Position numbers and translations under genes: made by a program. The notes under the pieces are model-generated. The model ran no database searches, was not told the origin of the DNA, and saw only the letters and a list, made by a program, of their open reading frames with translations. From Eledone cirrhosa (lineage: Eukaryota): 64,000 bases of DNA. The first letter of the stretch is position 1. Every line of letters starts with the position of its first letter. The stretch spans positions 22,072,001 to 22,136,000 of the forward strand of contig OZ024763.1 in assembly GCA_964016885.1 (NCBI GenBank), written 5' to 3'. This document shows positions 28,609 through 42,865 of this stretch, one piece after another.

Positions 28609-28750
28609 TTCCTTTGAAAGGGTCTTCATTCTGGAAAGGGTCTCCTGCAGAGTTGCTAAAAGGATCTTTACTTTTAAAAGGATCATCTCGGAAATCATCC
28701 ATGCTTGAACCGTGACTAAAAGCTCCAATGCTGATTGGGCTGCTGCCAGC
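28609..28750 (-). CDS. EPS15L1: EPS15/EPS15L1-like exon, DPF repeats (AP-2 binding)
   Basis: ttacag|AGSSPISIGAFSHGSSMDDFRDDPFKSKDPFSNSAGDPFQNEDPFKG|gtgagt; four DPF motifs; 142 nt, phase 0 to 1. Confidence 0.92.
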
Positions 28751-29997
28751 CTGTAATGGAGAAATTATAGATAAACACACACGCACCTATCATCATCATC
28801 ACCATTTAACATCTATATTTCCACACTGGCATGGGTTAGACGAGTTATCCTATTGCAAGCAATGCCAGGTCAGGTGACCATGTCTTGCTCATACAGAACC
28901 GATTTAGGCTTGGTTTCTACAGCTGGATGCTCTTCCGAACAACTTCATTTAGGTGCTTTTTCTTGTGACACCAACACGACCACTTTACAATGTGGACTAG
29001 GTGCTTTTTGTCATGACATTGACAAGAACACTTTACAGTGTGGGCTGGAGGCTTTCTGTCGTGACACCAACACAAATATTTTAGAGTGTGAACTGGGTGC
29101 TTTTTGTCATGACTCCTAACCGACCACTTTACAGTGTGGGCTGGGTGCTTTTTATCGTGACACTTATACGACCACTTTACAGTGTGAATTATTTTCCTGA
29201 CACATCTTGACACACCAGTCATAATACCTTAGTAGCTGTTGTCATCACAGTAGCACACTCAGACACACCCACCTACCCACATGCTATCAGAGGTCACTAA
29301 CCACTCTCTATACCACTCACCATTGTCAAATCCCACTACACATGTCATACATCCACGACACCATACTTATCTTCCTTCATCTGCCACCCCACAAAGAGGG
29401 AGAGCTGTACAATTGTGTCAATTACCAGCAACCTCCTACTACCCCACTCAGGGCTGATGCACTCAATACACCCTGCATGGTTGTTGGTGATGGGAATGGC
29501 ACCCCACTGTAGAAACCATGCCAGTTGTGTTGATGGCATAAGAACTTGTCTAATGCTGGTGAGCTATATGACAAATGTACCCAGTACACTCTGCAATGTG
29601 GTTGGTGATAACCTGTAGATAGCTTGACATGCAAAGGATCAGAAAGACTCTTCAGTTGTGTCAAAGAAAGACATGACGGCCTCCCTAATGTTTGGTGATC
29701 TACATGATAAACACACCCAGTACACTCTGTAGACCAATTAGGGAAGAACACATCAAGCATTTGTTTTGTTTTGCAGCATTTTTTGTTTTTTACATTTGAA
29801 AAGAGGGTTATAACCCTGAAATATTATGTTGAAATATACTGGGTGAGGATTGTAGTCAGTTGGCTGGTTGGTGATAGATAGGAAGGGCATGCAGCCATAG
29901 GAGGAGAGGGACGAGGAGGAAGATGAGGCAAAGGAAGAGGTGGTGAGGCGGAAGAGGAAGAGGATGAAGTGAAGTGAATCTAGAGCAGGGTACCCAC

Positions 29998-30126
29998 CGT
30001 AGCAAGAGTGCTGAATTGGTCTCCTTCATTTGTTGATGGGGGAAAACAGGCAAATTCTCCGTTGATCTGAGAATTGGTGTTGTTACCACGCTGTTGGTCT
30101 TGTAAATGTTGAATTCTAGTCTTTGT
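29998..30126 (-). CDS. EPS15L1: EPS15/EPS15L1-like exon, end of coiled coil/linker
   Basis: ccaccag|TKTRIQHLQDQQRGNNTNSQINGEFACFPPSTNEGDQFSTLAT|gtgggt; 129 nt, long upstream pyrimidine tract. Confidence 0.82.
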
Positions 30127-30219
30127 CTGGTGGCAAAAACAGTATGGAAAGGAAAAGAAAAGGTAAAAGACACTGACTGGGAGAGGGGAGGGACAGAGAG
30201 GGGAGAGAGAGAGAGCAGG

Positions 30220-30271
<52 letters not shown>

Positions 30272-30599
30272 ACCATGTGTGTGTGTCATTTGAACAGAAG
30301 GAAAAGTATAACTGAAAAAGAATTAACACACATTATATATATACAAACACACACAGACATACTACACTAACATATACACATACATAGGAATTATACTTGC
30401 ACAAACATACACAAACATTGTACACACACACAGACATATACACAAACACACACAAATATTATGCACACACACAGACATATACACACACAGCCACACACAG
30501 ACATACACACATACACACATAAAGGCCTCCATCCCTACTCAGGAATATTCCCCCTCCCTCCCAGCCACCCCACCTTACCTGTCTCAAACTTCCACTTAC

Positions 30600-30749
30600 C
30601 TGACTTATTTGTAGTTGAGTGTCTTTTTGATTGTTTATCAATGTTTCTATGTAAACCTTCTTCTCAGCCACCTCCGTCTCCAGGTGTGCCTCCTCATCTC
30701 GAAGACTGTTTAAATTAGCGCGCAAGTTGTTTAATTCTTCTTCTTGTTC
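30600..30749 (-). CDS. EPS15L1: EPS15/EPS15L1-like exon, coiled coil
   Basis: tttccag|EQEEELNNLRANLNSLRDEEAHLETEVAEKKVYIETLINNQKDTQLQISQ|gtaagt; 150 nt. Confidence 0.9.
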
Positions 30750-30831
30750 CTGGAAATTGAACATTTTTTTTTACTTTTTTTTTTTCATAAAAAACACACA
30801 CAAACACAAAACAACAATAACAACAAACATT

Positions 30832-31400
30832 TTAACCCTTTAAACTGGCCACATCCAGCCAGAATTCTCTCACATCTTTCTGTTCAAACCAGCCATAACT
30901 GGCCACTCTTACTGATGTAAACCTTTTAACATTTAAACTAGCCATATCCGGCCAGAATTCTTTCACTTCTTTCCGTTCAAACCAGCTATAACTGGCCACT
31001 GGTATTGATGCATTACATTTACATGACTCTATATTTACTATTATATTTTTAACGGTAAAGGCTTTACCTCACATAATTATCTCACATGATATCTAATCTA
31101 TGAGATTTTGATAGTATTTATTTTGAAAACAATACCTTAACATCGGTATAAGCCAGTTTAAACAGAAAGAGGTGAAATAATTCTGGCCGGATACGGCCGG
31201 TTTAAATGCTAAAGGGTTAAACCGGCCATATCCAGCCAGAAGCCTCTCACCTCTTTCTATTAAAACCAGCTGTAACTGGCCGATCGTACTGATGTTAATA
31301 ATAATATCAAAATCTCATAGATTCAATATTAAGTGAAATAATTATGTGAGGTAAAGCCTTTACCATGAAAATATAATGGTAAAGGGTTAAAGCCATCTTC
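30832..31400. mobile_element. Cluster of TTAA-ended (piggyBac-like) MITE copies
   Basis: ttaaccctttaaact...ggccatatccggccagaattc repeated; inverted arm ending ...tttaaatgctaaagggttaa at 31220. Confidence 0.6.
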
Positions 31401-31589
31401 AGATATCTTCCAAAAAAAAATTTGGTTGTGAATCCATGAAATTCACACTCTTGTCGGAAGGGAATCCAGCCATTAGACAACGCCTCGGATAGGACTTTGT
31501 GACAAATATAAGAACACATAAGCAAAAATATTAAGAATAATTGAAGACAAGGGGTCATACATTCTTTTAAAAATAGCCCTTTTGATAGT

Positions 31590-31990
31590 CTAGAGTCTGT
31601 CTTGAGCCCAGAGGTTCATCAGACTGGTGCTTATCTTGGTTCCCATGGCGTTAAGCGACTGAGGGTACAAGACTTCCCCTGGACAGAGTAGTGTACCAGT
31701 TCATCACAAGGTTAAAGTCTGTTTTGAGCCCAGAGGCACACCAGGCTGGTGCTTATTCGCGGTGTTTAACAACTGAGGGTACAAGTCTACCCCCGGGACA
31801 GGACACCAGTTCATCGCAGTTTTAAATTCTGTCTCGAGCCTGGAGACTCATCCGGTCAATGTTTATCCTGGTTTCTGTGGTGTTAAGTGACTGAGGATAT
31901 AAAACTCCCCTGGACAGGACACCAGTTCATCATAGGGTTAAACTGCCAGCTATTACTGGTACTCATTTTCAGCTGAGTATACTGGAGCAA
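31590..31990 (-). mobile_element. V-domain-like SINE 3' half, tandemly triplicated (~115 bp)
   Basis: Minus strand gatgaactggtgtcctgtccagggg...cagaaaccaggataa repeated three times. Confidence 0.6.
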
Positions 31991-32473
31991 AACTTTGGCC
32001 TTTGAAGAAATTAATACTTACCATTATTTTGAGATTTTTGTAGTATTTTGCTTTTTTTTTTTTCAAAGAAGAAAAACCAACAAACATACGCAAACAATTG
32101 ACTAAAACTCAGAAGATACGATAGAGAGAGGAAGTTACGAGAGAAAAAGAGGAAGTTCTTACAGAGACAACCTAGAAATATACAAACAAACATAACCAAT
32201 GCAAACTCTAAAAAAAAAAGATCTACGTGGTTGCTCTGGTTATAGAACCACATGCTTTAAAAATAATAACACACACATAAATTGAAAAAGGAAGAATATT
32301 TAACCCCCATCGTTACCATATTTTAAATTTAAACTAATTAATGAAGTATTTGGAAGTAAATCCGACTGAATACCCACATGTGTTTTTTCTCCCCATGTTT
32401 TTTTTTTCTCATTTTCCCCGTTCCTTCCTCTCATCACTCTTTACTTTCTTTTTATCTTCTATTTCTAACTCTA

Positions 32474-32509
32474 TCTTCTGATGAAGGATTAATGTCCGAA
32501 ACGTTAAAA
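32474..32509 (+). ncRNA. Minimal Penelope-type hammerhead motif
   Basis: TCTT-CTGATGA-A GGA TTAATG TCC-GAAAC GTT-AAAA; degenerate paralogues at 3750-3785 and 32979-33014. Confidence 0.6.
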
Positions 32510-33103
32510 CTCTCTTCCTGCTATTTCAAGTGTTAAACTAATATATTTCTTCCATGTACTGTGCCATTATTTTTGTTTACCTTTTACATATATATCATCA
32601 TCATCATCATTTAACATCCATCTTCCACACTAGCATAGGTAGGACTATATATATATATATATATATATATACACTGTCAATGTGGTTGGTGTTAGGAAGG
32701 GCATCCAGCCGTAGAAAACCAGCCAGAAACACCCTATATGAGCGAGACATGGTCACCTGACACAACTAGCATGGAAGATGGATGTTAATCGATGATGATA
32801 ATGATGATGATGATATATATATAACCCATGCTAGCGTGGAAAGTGGACGTTAAACGAGGATGATGATGATGATGATATATATGAAGGACTGAATATACAT
32901 GTGATTTTTTTTTCTCCCCTTTTTTCCTCCATTCCTTCCTCTTCGCTTTTCTTTCTATTTATCTTCTATTTCTAACTATTTTCTGATGAACGACTAGAGT
33001 CTGAAATATTAAGATACTCTTCCTGCTATTTCAAGCATTAAACTACTATATTTCTTCAACGTACTGTGTCATTTGCTTTGTTATTTCTGTTTACCTTTTA
33101 CAA

Positions 33104-33134
<31 letters not shown>

Positions 33135-33135
<1 letters not shown>

Positions 33136-33907
33136 GGTCCTGGGTACACAAGAGATGTAGCGGGATAGCAGGCAAACTAACAGGTAGGGAGAAATATGTA
33201 TGCAGTAGATGTACAGGGAAATTAGACAGTAGAAGTCGCACTGATAGACACATTTTTCAAATGCGAGAGGGCGCTATAGAAGTGGTGGATAGCTTCCGGT
33301 ACCTAGGAGATCAGATTAGCATGGGAGGAGGGTGTTCCGAGGCCATAGTATCTAGAATAAGGACGGGTTGGAAGAAGTTTAGGGAGCTGCTTCCTCTGTT
33401 GACGAAGAAGGGTTTCTCCCTGCGTACGAAAGGCCGGTTGTATGATGCCTGTGTGAGGAGCGCGATGCTGCATGGTAGTGAGACATGGGCAGCTACCGCA
33501 GAAGATATGCGACGGCTGGAGAGAAATGAGGCAAGCATGCTCCGTTGGATGTGCAGTGTAAATGTGCGTGAACGACCCAGCATAAATGTGTTGAGAGAGA
33601 AACTGTGTCTGAGAGGGATAGAATGTAGTGTACGGGAGAGGAGACTGAGGTGGTATGGACATGTGATGCGCATGGAGGATGACCGATGGGTGAAGAAGTG
33701 CCAGGAAATGCCAGTTGAAGGAAGACGTGGTAGAGGTAGACCACGAAAAACATGGGCGGAGGTGGTGAGAACAGACCTCAGATCATTGAAGCTCACGGTG
33801 GAGATGACGAGGGACCGTGACGAGTGGAGAGATGCTGTGCTGAATAAGACCCGTCCCACCCTTGCAAGCAGGGAAAAGCGGACGTAAAATGATGATGATG
33901 ATGATGA
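33135..33907 (+). mobile_element. RTE LINE family B 3' fragment
   Basis: Near-identical to 49972-50744; (ATG)n tail; starts in a (TA)n tract. Confidence 0.93.
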
Positions 33908-34269
33908 TATATATATATCTGTAGGTGTGAAAAAGGAAAACATTGCTCAATTGGGAAGAGAGCTGATATACTATTTATTTCTGTTCATAAACAGAACAAA
34001 AGCACTACGCTACCTAAGGTTTCAAGATCCAATATTGACCATATCCCCAGAACGAGATCAAGATTGTGATCTAATCTTCGAGCACTTAGACAAGTTTATA
34101 TCTGCAGATTGTAAGAAGGACCTAGTCTTATATATTAATACTGAAAATATCCAAGAGGCAATTTTTTTTTTATGTCACGTTCTACAACATTCAAAATAAA
34201 AAAATAAATAAAAGGCAAAACGATGTAAAAAATGATGACACAAGCAGGCAACATAGGCATTGCTCACAA

Positions 34270-34307
<38 letters not shown>

Positions 34308-34502
34308 GCTAACCGAAGGTGAAAAGAAAAATACTACCAATAGTGAAAAAAGATAACCTAAACGTGCATTAAAAACTGCAAGTGAACAAAGAGGATATCA
34401 GAGAGTGAAATATATTGAGGTGGTTTTTAGCTGTGATTTTTTTAGAGTTATTTCTCTGCTTTGGTTTTCTGTCTTTACATAGAAATAAAGACAAAATGAC
34501 AG

Positions 34503-34542
<40 letters not shown>

Positions 34543-35060
34543 GTATATACATTGAAATAGTAGCTTTGCCATAATATTTTTTACTATAATAAAGTCTAAT
34601 AATTGTTTCTACTTTTGGCACAAGACCAGCAATTACCCAGTACATTACTGGTACTTTATTTTATCGACCCCGTAAGGATGAAAGGCAAAGTTGACCTCGG
34701 CGGGATTTGAACTCAGAATGGAAAGGGCCGTAACTCTGCGTCAAAGCATAACGTCCAACCCTCTACCGATACTGCCAATCCACCAGTCTAATAATTGTTT
34801 CTACTTTTGGCACACGGCCAGCAATTATCCCAGTACATTACTGGTACTTTATTTTATCCACCAGTCTAATAATGAGGCGTATAAAGCCACAGAACAGAAA
34901 AAGATGGGTCTCAACACACGTGTGTGCTGATACCCATCTTTGTCCATTCGGTGGGTTTATACGCCCAATTTTTAGACTATATTATAGTCAAGAATATTAC
35001 GGTGAAGCTTCTATTTCTATTTCAATTCTAAATTTTGCTCATCGTGTTCGAAAGAAACTT

Positions 35061-35114
<54 letters not shown>

Positions 35115-35583
35115 CAAGGATACGACAAAACAGGGGTACAAAATGTCTTATATGGAAAAGGATATATATATATATATATATATGGACAACAGAAGAAGCA
35201 AATACTTTGTGCAAAACTAAATTAATTTACAATCAAATTAAGTGTAGGGAATTTTAATTCAAGTCTTTAAAAGTGGAATTGTTGAATTTTGTTTTTCTTT
35301 CCAATTTCTCTTTTTTTCTTTTTTTCTTTTTGAGAGGGGGGAAATATTTATTTCCAAATATAGGTTCTTTCCAGTGTTTTTTGTTTTTGTTTTTTACGAT
35401 TCCGAATTTCAAAAAAAAATAAGGCAAAAGGCAACTAAAGGAACAAGAAATAAGGAAAAAACTTGAATCTAAATTCTATTTGCTGCCAAATGAAATAATC
35501 CACGTTTTAAAAGAAAAGTAGTGAAGAAGTGGTCATGATATATATATATATATATATATTTATATGTACGTGATTGTGTGGGT

Positions 35584-35628
<45 letters not shown>

Positions 35629-35793
35629 TATGTATGTATATATATATTCATATATATATGTATATATATACATATATATGTGTGTGTGTGTGTGTGTGTG
35701 TATATAAATGTCTGTGTGTATATATACATATATATACATTAACATACATATACTCATATATATATATAAATATACACACATATATATGTATAT

Positions 35794-35832
<39 letters not shown>

Positions 35833-36378
35833 CATATATATACACATATATATACATATACATGCATACATATATATATATACATATAAATATATATACA
35901 CATATATATATATATATATATATTTACATATACATGCATATATACATATATACATATTCACATATACATACACATATATATATATACATGTATATATACA
36001 CACACACAAACATATAAATAAGATATAGAAACTATATATAAACTATATATATATATATATATATATACATACACATACTATCTACATAATAATAATACTA
36101 CTAGAAAAACATATCCATAAGCAGGTTTTTGGTACTTTAGATGAAACCATCTATTGTGGTTTTCATAGTACTTGCCTGGATTTCTCCACTGGTCAGCTTA
36201 AAATGTGTATCAAAGAAGAGTAAGCAAAGGGAAAGTCATTAAAGCCATCACATCATTTTCGGATTTAAAAAAAATTTTTTTTTTTCATTTACTTTGTTTT
36301 CATTTTTTTTTGCAGTATATATACTTATATATATATATATATATTATATATATATATATATATAATTATATATATATA

Positions 36379-36419
<41 letters not shown>

Positions 36420-36441
36420 TATATATATATATATATATAAT

Positions 36442-36496
<55 letters not shown>

Positions 36497-36715
36497 TATA
36501 TATATATATATAATTATATATATATATATAATTATATATATATATATATAATTATATATATATATATATAATTATATATATATATATAATTATATATATA
36601 TATATAATTATATATATATATATAATTATATATATATATATAATTATATATATATATATATTATATATATATATAATTATATATATATATAATTATATAT
36701 ATATATATAATTATA

Positions 36716-36811
<96 letters not shown>

Positions 36812-37051
36812 ATTATATATATATATATGTATATATATATGAACATATATATATGTATATATATATGAACATATATATATGCATATATATATGAACATAT
36901 ATATATGTATATATATATATGAACATATATATATGAACATATATATATGTATATATATGTATATATATATATAAACATATATGTAAGTATATATATATAT
37001 ATATAAACATATATGTAAGTATATATATATATATATAAACATATATGTAAG

Positions 37052-37088
<37 letters not shown>

Positions 37089-37107
37089 GTGTATACATAT
37101 ATATATG

Positions 37108-37147
<40 letters not shown>

Positions 37148-37532
37148 GATATATGTATATATGTATTAATATATATATATACATATATATACACACACAT
37201 CAGTTAATTAGCAGCTAATTAGTTAAAACAGCCACACAAATGAACAATAAATTGTTGTTTAATACAACGAACATGCAAAAGCAGAAATTATACTGGAAAC
37301 ATAATTGTGTGTGTATGTGTGTATGTGTGTGTGTGTATGTATGTATATGTGTATGTGAATGTATGTATGACAAGTGATTGCAATGCTCTAAGCATGAGTT
37401 TGTACCCATCATGTATGTATATATATATATATATACATACATACATACATACATACATGATATATATATTGATATGTTGATTTAAAACTTCACTGCTCAC
37501 AAGTGTTTTTTAAGCTTCATATCATGTCTCCC

Positions 37533-37603
37533 TATTTTATCTGATGAGTATGCAGATATCATCCCATGATGATATTTATTTTTGAAATGCGCATAATAAA
37601 ATA
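37533..37603 (+). ncRNA. Type I hammerhead ribozyme motif
   Basis: TATTTTAT-CTGATGA-...ATATCATC CCAT GATGATAT...-GAAAT GCGC ATA-ATAAAATA; palindromic ATGCGCAT stem III; base of stem II imperfect. Confidence 0.72.
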
Positions 37604-38610
37604 CATGGAACTCTTTTAACCATCTTTTGATCTTATATTATATATACCCCCCACTCTCCTGAGCGTGAATTTAATAAACATTTATTGTACTGCCTCTCTG
37701 TTCTGTCCCTGTTCAAATTTTTCATTATATATATATATTATATATATATATATTTTGATCTTATATTATATATATATTTATATATATATATATATAGGTC
37801 GTGGAGGTGCCACGGCAAAAAAGCACTCAGCACTCACTGTAAATGAGGTTGGTGTTAGGAAGGGCATCCAGCTGTAGAAATCAAGCCAGAATCAGTTCCC
37901 GTCCCACCCTTGCAAGCAGGGAAAAGTGGACGTAAAATGAAATGATGATGATGAAATGATATGTATGTATGTATGAATGAATGTACATATGTATGTATGT
38001 GGGTGTGAATGTACATATGTATGAATGTGTGTATGTATATATATGTATATATATATATAAGGGTGGTTCTGTTAATCACCTGAAGTCACCTAAAAGGATA
38101 ACCACCCGCAACACCACTCAACAAAGGTATTGCAAAACAATGTGCGTGGTATGTACGTTCCAGACTAAAAAAACACATGGTGGTACATAAAGATTGTGTA
38201 CTACAGAGTGACACCACCAGAACTGTGGAAAGCACAACTCTCTTCTGTCACCTGTGTTGTAAACCATGTAGATCTACAGCTGGCCTACAAAGTCATCTTC
38301 GACATCATGGATGTGGATGAGATGACAATGAAGAATCAATAAGAGACGACAATCGTCTGTGAAGACGCTGCAATCCTCCTCTTGAATATATCTATGTTCT
38401 TCTGGTTTTATAATTTCACAAAGTTTTTCCCAATAGAGAGAGAGAGAGTCGGTTTCTAGCTTAGACACAAGACTCTCTCATTGGAATTTACACAACATCA
38501 ACTAGGTCGATTATGTATGCATGCATGCATGTGTTGATATGGATGTGCATGTGTTGATATGGATGTGCATGTGTATATGCTTTGTATCTGTACAAGTGTA
38601 TATGCAGTTA

Positions 38611-38842
38611 TTAGATGCAAAATTTTTGGAATGTTTTACATATTTTTACTGTTCCATTAATTGATTGTACTTGTAATTTCCTAACTAGTTGTGTTCTTTC
38701 TGTTCCTGTGAAGCCTAGCTTCTCAAGATTTGTATTGAGGCATTTACTAACATACCCCAGTGCCCCAATAATCACAGGCATAAATCTGAAGGCATAAATA
38801 ATCAGGATGGAGTATCTGCAGATTTCTCATCAGTTCTGCATA
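38611..38842 (-). mobile_element. C-terminal fragment of a restriction-like-endonuclease non-LTR retrotransposon (R4/NeSL-like)
   Basis: YAELMRNLQILHPDY / FMPVIIGALGYVSKCLNTNLEKLG...LQVQSINGTVKICKTF*. Confidence 0.7.
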
Positions 38843-38884
38843 AATATGTATGTATGTATGTATGTATATATGTATGTATGTCTC

Positions 38885-39175
38885 CATTGAATTGGTGTGC
38901 TCTGAGTGTGAAAAGATTTGCTTGAGGAGATCTGGTCTCAGGAGCCACAGTCGCAGCCATGTTCAGAGAGAATCAGTAAACTATGATCTCTACAATATTG
39001 TGAAGGTTCAAAGGCAACCTGATGCAAGCCCTGGGGCCAGGGAGATCCATAGTCGTCGTCAGTGTGCAAAGGAATGCAAGTCTCTAGGAGGCTTGAAATA
39101 CCATATCCGAGCGTCAGACATCTGAATCTGACAAGCGATTGCAATACTCTTAGCGTGAGTTTGCAGCCATCATAT
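38885..39175 (+). mobile_element. LINE 3' end with two degenerate C2H2 fingers
   Basis: CSECEKICLRRSGLRSHSRSH and QCAKECKSLGGLKYHIRA; 3' UTR tgacaagcgattgcaat...gccatcat recurs at 37368-37412. Confidence 0.55.
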
Positions 39176-39614
39176 ATGTATGTGTATTGAAGTATGTATG
39201 TTTGTGTGTGCATACTTAGATATATATGTAAGCTAGTATGTGTAATATTGTGTCTACACATGCATGTGTGTGCATGTGTGTGTGTGTATGTGTGCATGTG
39301 TACGTGTGTATGTATGTATATGGAAGTATATATGCTTGTGTGTGCATATTTAGCTATATATGTAAGCTAGTATGTCTAGTGATATGTAGATGCATGCATG
39401 TGTGTGGGTATCATGGTGAGTATTTGCAAATATACATGCATACATACACATAGACAGGTGGATGGATAAATATAATACACACATATATACAATGTATATA
39501 TATACATGTGGGTGTATATATATCCATTTGAAAGAATGACCTATGTGGCTAAATAAAAAAAGGTGGGCGAAGATACCGGAAAAGCAGACGGAACAGCATA
39601 TGCATTGATTATAC

Positions 39615-39702
<88 letters not shown>

Positions 39703-39705
39703 CAT

Positions 39706-39736
<31 letters not shown>

Positions 39737-40030
39737 GTATATATATGTGTGTATATGTATAAATATATGTATATATATATACACACACACATATATATAC
39801 ACACACATATATACATATATATATAATATATATTTATACATATATAACGTATATATATACACACACACACACATATTTATATATATATACATATATTTAT
39901 ATATATATACATATATATATACATATATATATACATATATTTATACACATATATATACACATATTTATACACATATATATATACATATAGTCATATATAT
40001 ATATACATATAGAAATATGCATACATACAT

Positions 40031-40201
<171 letters not shown>

Positions 40202-40384
40202 GGCATATGTATGTATTGATTATATATGCACTAACAAACACATATATACACCATACCGAGCGAAGGAAATGTATAGAAAAATTACACATCCAGAAATTAT
40301 TATCCCCCAAAATCAATCTATAAGGACTTTGGGCTCTTTAACTAAATATGGGCCATTGTTAGCTGTAACAATGGTTGGATTAGA

Positions 40385-41989
40385 ATAACAACAACAGTAA
40401 CAACAACAACAGCTGTAACAACAGCACCAGTAACAACAACAACCATAGTAACAACAACAGTAACAACAACAGCTGTAACAACAGCACCAGTAACAACAAC
40501 AACCATAACAACAAGCACAGTAACAACAACCATAACAACAACCACAGTAACAACAACAGTAACAACAGCTGTAACAACAGCACCAGTAACAACAACAACC
40601 ATAACAACAAGTACAGTAACAACAACAACAACCACAGTAACAACAACAACCATAACAACAACCACAGTAACAACACAACAGCAGCCATAACAACAACGGT
40701 AACAACAACAACCACAATAACAACAACCATAACAACAGTAACAACAACAGTAACAACAACAACCATAACAACAAGCACAGTAACAACAGTAACAACAACC
40801 ATAACAACAACCACAGTAACAACAACCATAACAACAACCACAGTAACAACAACAACCATAACAACCACAGTAACAAGAACAGTAACAACCATAACAACAA
40901 CCACAGTAACAACCACAGTAACAACAACCATAACAACAACCACAGTAACAACAACAACCATAACAACAACAACCACAGTAACAACAACAATAACAAAAAC
41001 AACAACCACAGTAACAACACAACAGCAGCCATAACAACGGTAACAACAACAACCACCACCACCACCACTACAACAACCACCTACAACGCCAACAATAACT
41101 ACTACCACAACCACAACCATAGCAATCACCACTACTACATCAACCACTACAACAACCACCACCACAACAACCACCACTACCACCATCACCACCACTACCA
41201 CCACAACCACCACAACAACCACCACCACAACAACCACCACTACCACTAGCACCACAACCACCACTACCACCACCACCACTACCACCATCACCACCACTAG
41301 CACCACAACCACCACCACAACAACCACCACTACCACCACCACCACTATCACCATCACCACCACAAGCACCACTACTACCACCACCACTACCACCATTACC
41401 ACCACCGCCACCACCACTAGCACCACCGCTACCACCACTAGCACCACAACCACCACCGCCACTAGCACCACAACCACCACTACCACTACTACCACCATCC
41501 CCACCACCACCATTACCACCACCACCATCCCCACCGCCACCACCACTACCACCGCCACCACTACCACGACCAATAGATAGACAGAATAATAATGGTTTCT
41601 GATTCGGGCACAAGGCCGGCAATTTTTTTTTGGGGGGGGGGGGGGGGGGATTTAATCAACCCCAGTGTATTACTGGTACTTTATTTTATCGACCCCCGTA
41701 GGGATGAGAGGCAAAGTTAACCTCGGCGAGATTTGAACTCAGACATATACTAATGGTGGTGGTGATGGTGGTGGTGGTGGTGATGATGGTTGTTGTGATG
41801 ATGGTGATGGTGATCATGATGATGATGATGGTAATGATGATGGTAATGGTGGTGGTGGTGGTGGTCATGGCAAAGATGATGATGATGACGATAATGGTGA
41901 TGATGTGTGTGGTGATGACAATGATGATGATAATGATGATGATGATGATAATGATGATGGTGACAATGATGATGACAATGATGATGACA

Positions 41990-42028
<39 letters not shown>

Positions 42029-42075
42029 GTGCAATGATGGTGCGATGATGATGATGGTGCGATGATGATGATGCT
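40385..42075. repeat. Degenerate (AAC)n/(ACC)n then (ATG)n trinucleotide tracts
   Basis: Direct inspection; source of poly-V/L/C/H/M ORFs; similar (ATG)n tract at 47155-47645. Confidence 0.95.
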
Positions 42076-42229
42076 AATCAATAAATATATTGATTGGTGA
42101 ATTATTTATGAAACAACTTTGTAACAAAAGCCTGTTGAACCCAACCCAGTTTTTCAACACTGGATAAAAAGGGGAAGGGATATTTTTACCAGCTTATACA
42201 TGTTCTGACCCAATATCTTGACCTCCACA

Positions 42230-42865
42230 CGGGCCCCAGTATGGCCTGGTCAGAGATAGGAAGTTGTAGAGGTCAACCAGAGGGGAGTTCATCCAACAGG
42301 AATGAGAAGGCCCTAAATTTGGATTTGGGCATAGTAGCATTTATTCTGGGGCCTAGTATGGCCTGGGCAGAGATAGGAAGTGATAGAGGTCAACCAGGGA
42401 GGGGTTTCTCCAACAGGTGTGAGAAGGCCCTAGATTTAGATTTGGACGTAATGGCATTTATTCTGGGGCCCAGTATGGCCAGGGAGGGGGTTCCTCCAAC
42501 ACGAATGAGAAGGCCCTAGATTTAGATTTGGACGTAATGGCATTTATTCTGGGGCCCAGTATGGCCAGGGAGGGGGTTCCTCTAACAGGAATGAGAAGGC
42601 CCTAGATTTAGATTTGGACATTATAAGTTCTAGTCTGTCTGGGGCCAGGAAGCTGGTCAGGCCAGCGGTTATCCCGGTTTTGTGGCATAAAGTGACTGAG
42701 AGTACAAGACTGACTCTCCCCTGGACAGGACGCCAGGAATCGGACATGGCGGTATTTATTTGGGGGCCCAGTATGGCCTGGCCAGAGACCGGAAATGGTG
42801 GAGGTCAACCAGGGCGGGGGGGGGGGTCTCCATCAGGTGTGAGAAGGCCCTAGATTTGAATACAG
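42230..42865. repeat. Tandem repeat (~90-117 bp)
   Basis: ttattctggggcccagtatggcc...gagaaggccctagatttagatttgg repeated about five times, interrupted by a SINE fragment at ~42630-42735. Confidence 0.85.

Noticed and set aside
31590-31990. CTGATGA-like words as hammerheads in the triplicated SINE part
   Set aside because: No downstream GAAA-stem III-NUH with complementary stem I
33927-34199. 90-aa ORF with ordinary composition
   Set aside because: No recognisable motif or splice context; probably a degraded TE fragment
38850-39125. C2H2 zinc-finger gene exon
   Set aside because: No TGEKP linkers, second finger degenerate, followed by a repeated 3' UTR-like tail; better explained as LINE C-terminus
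40313-42081. Cys/Gly/Tyr-rich, poly-Val and poly-His ORFs resembling keratin-associated or His-rich proteins
   Set aside because: Degenerate trinucleotide repeats open in several frames, no splice signals, inside an EPS15 intron
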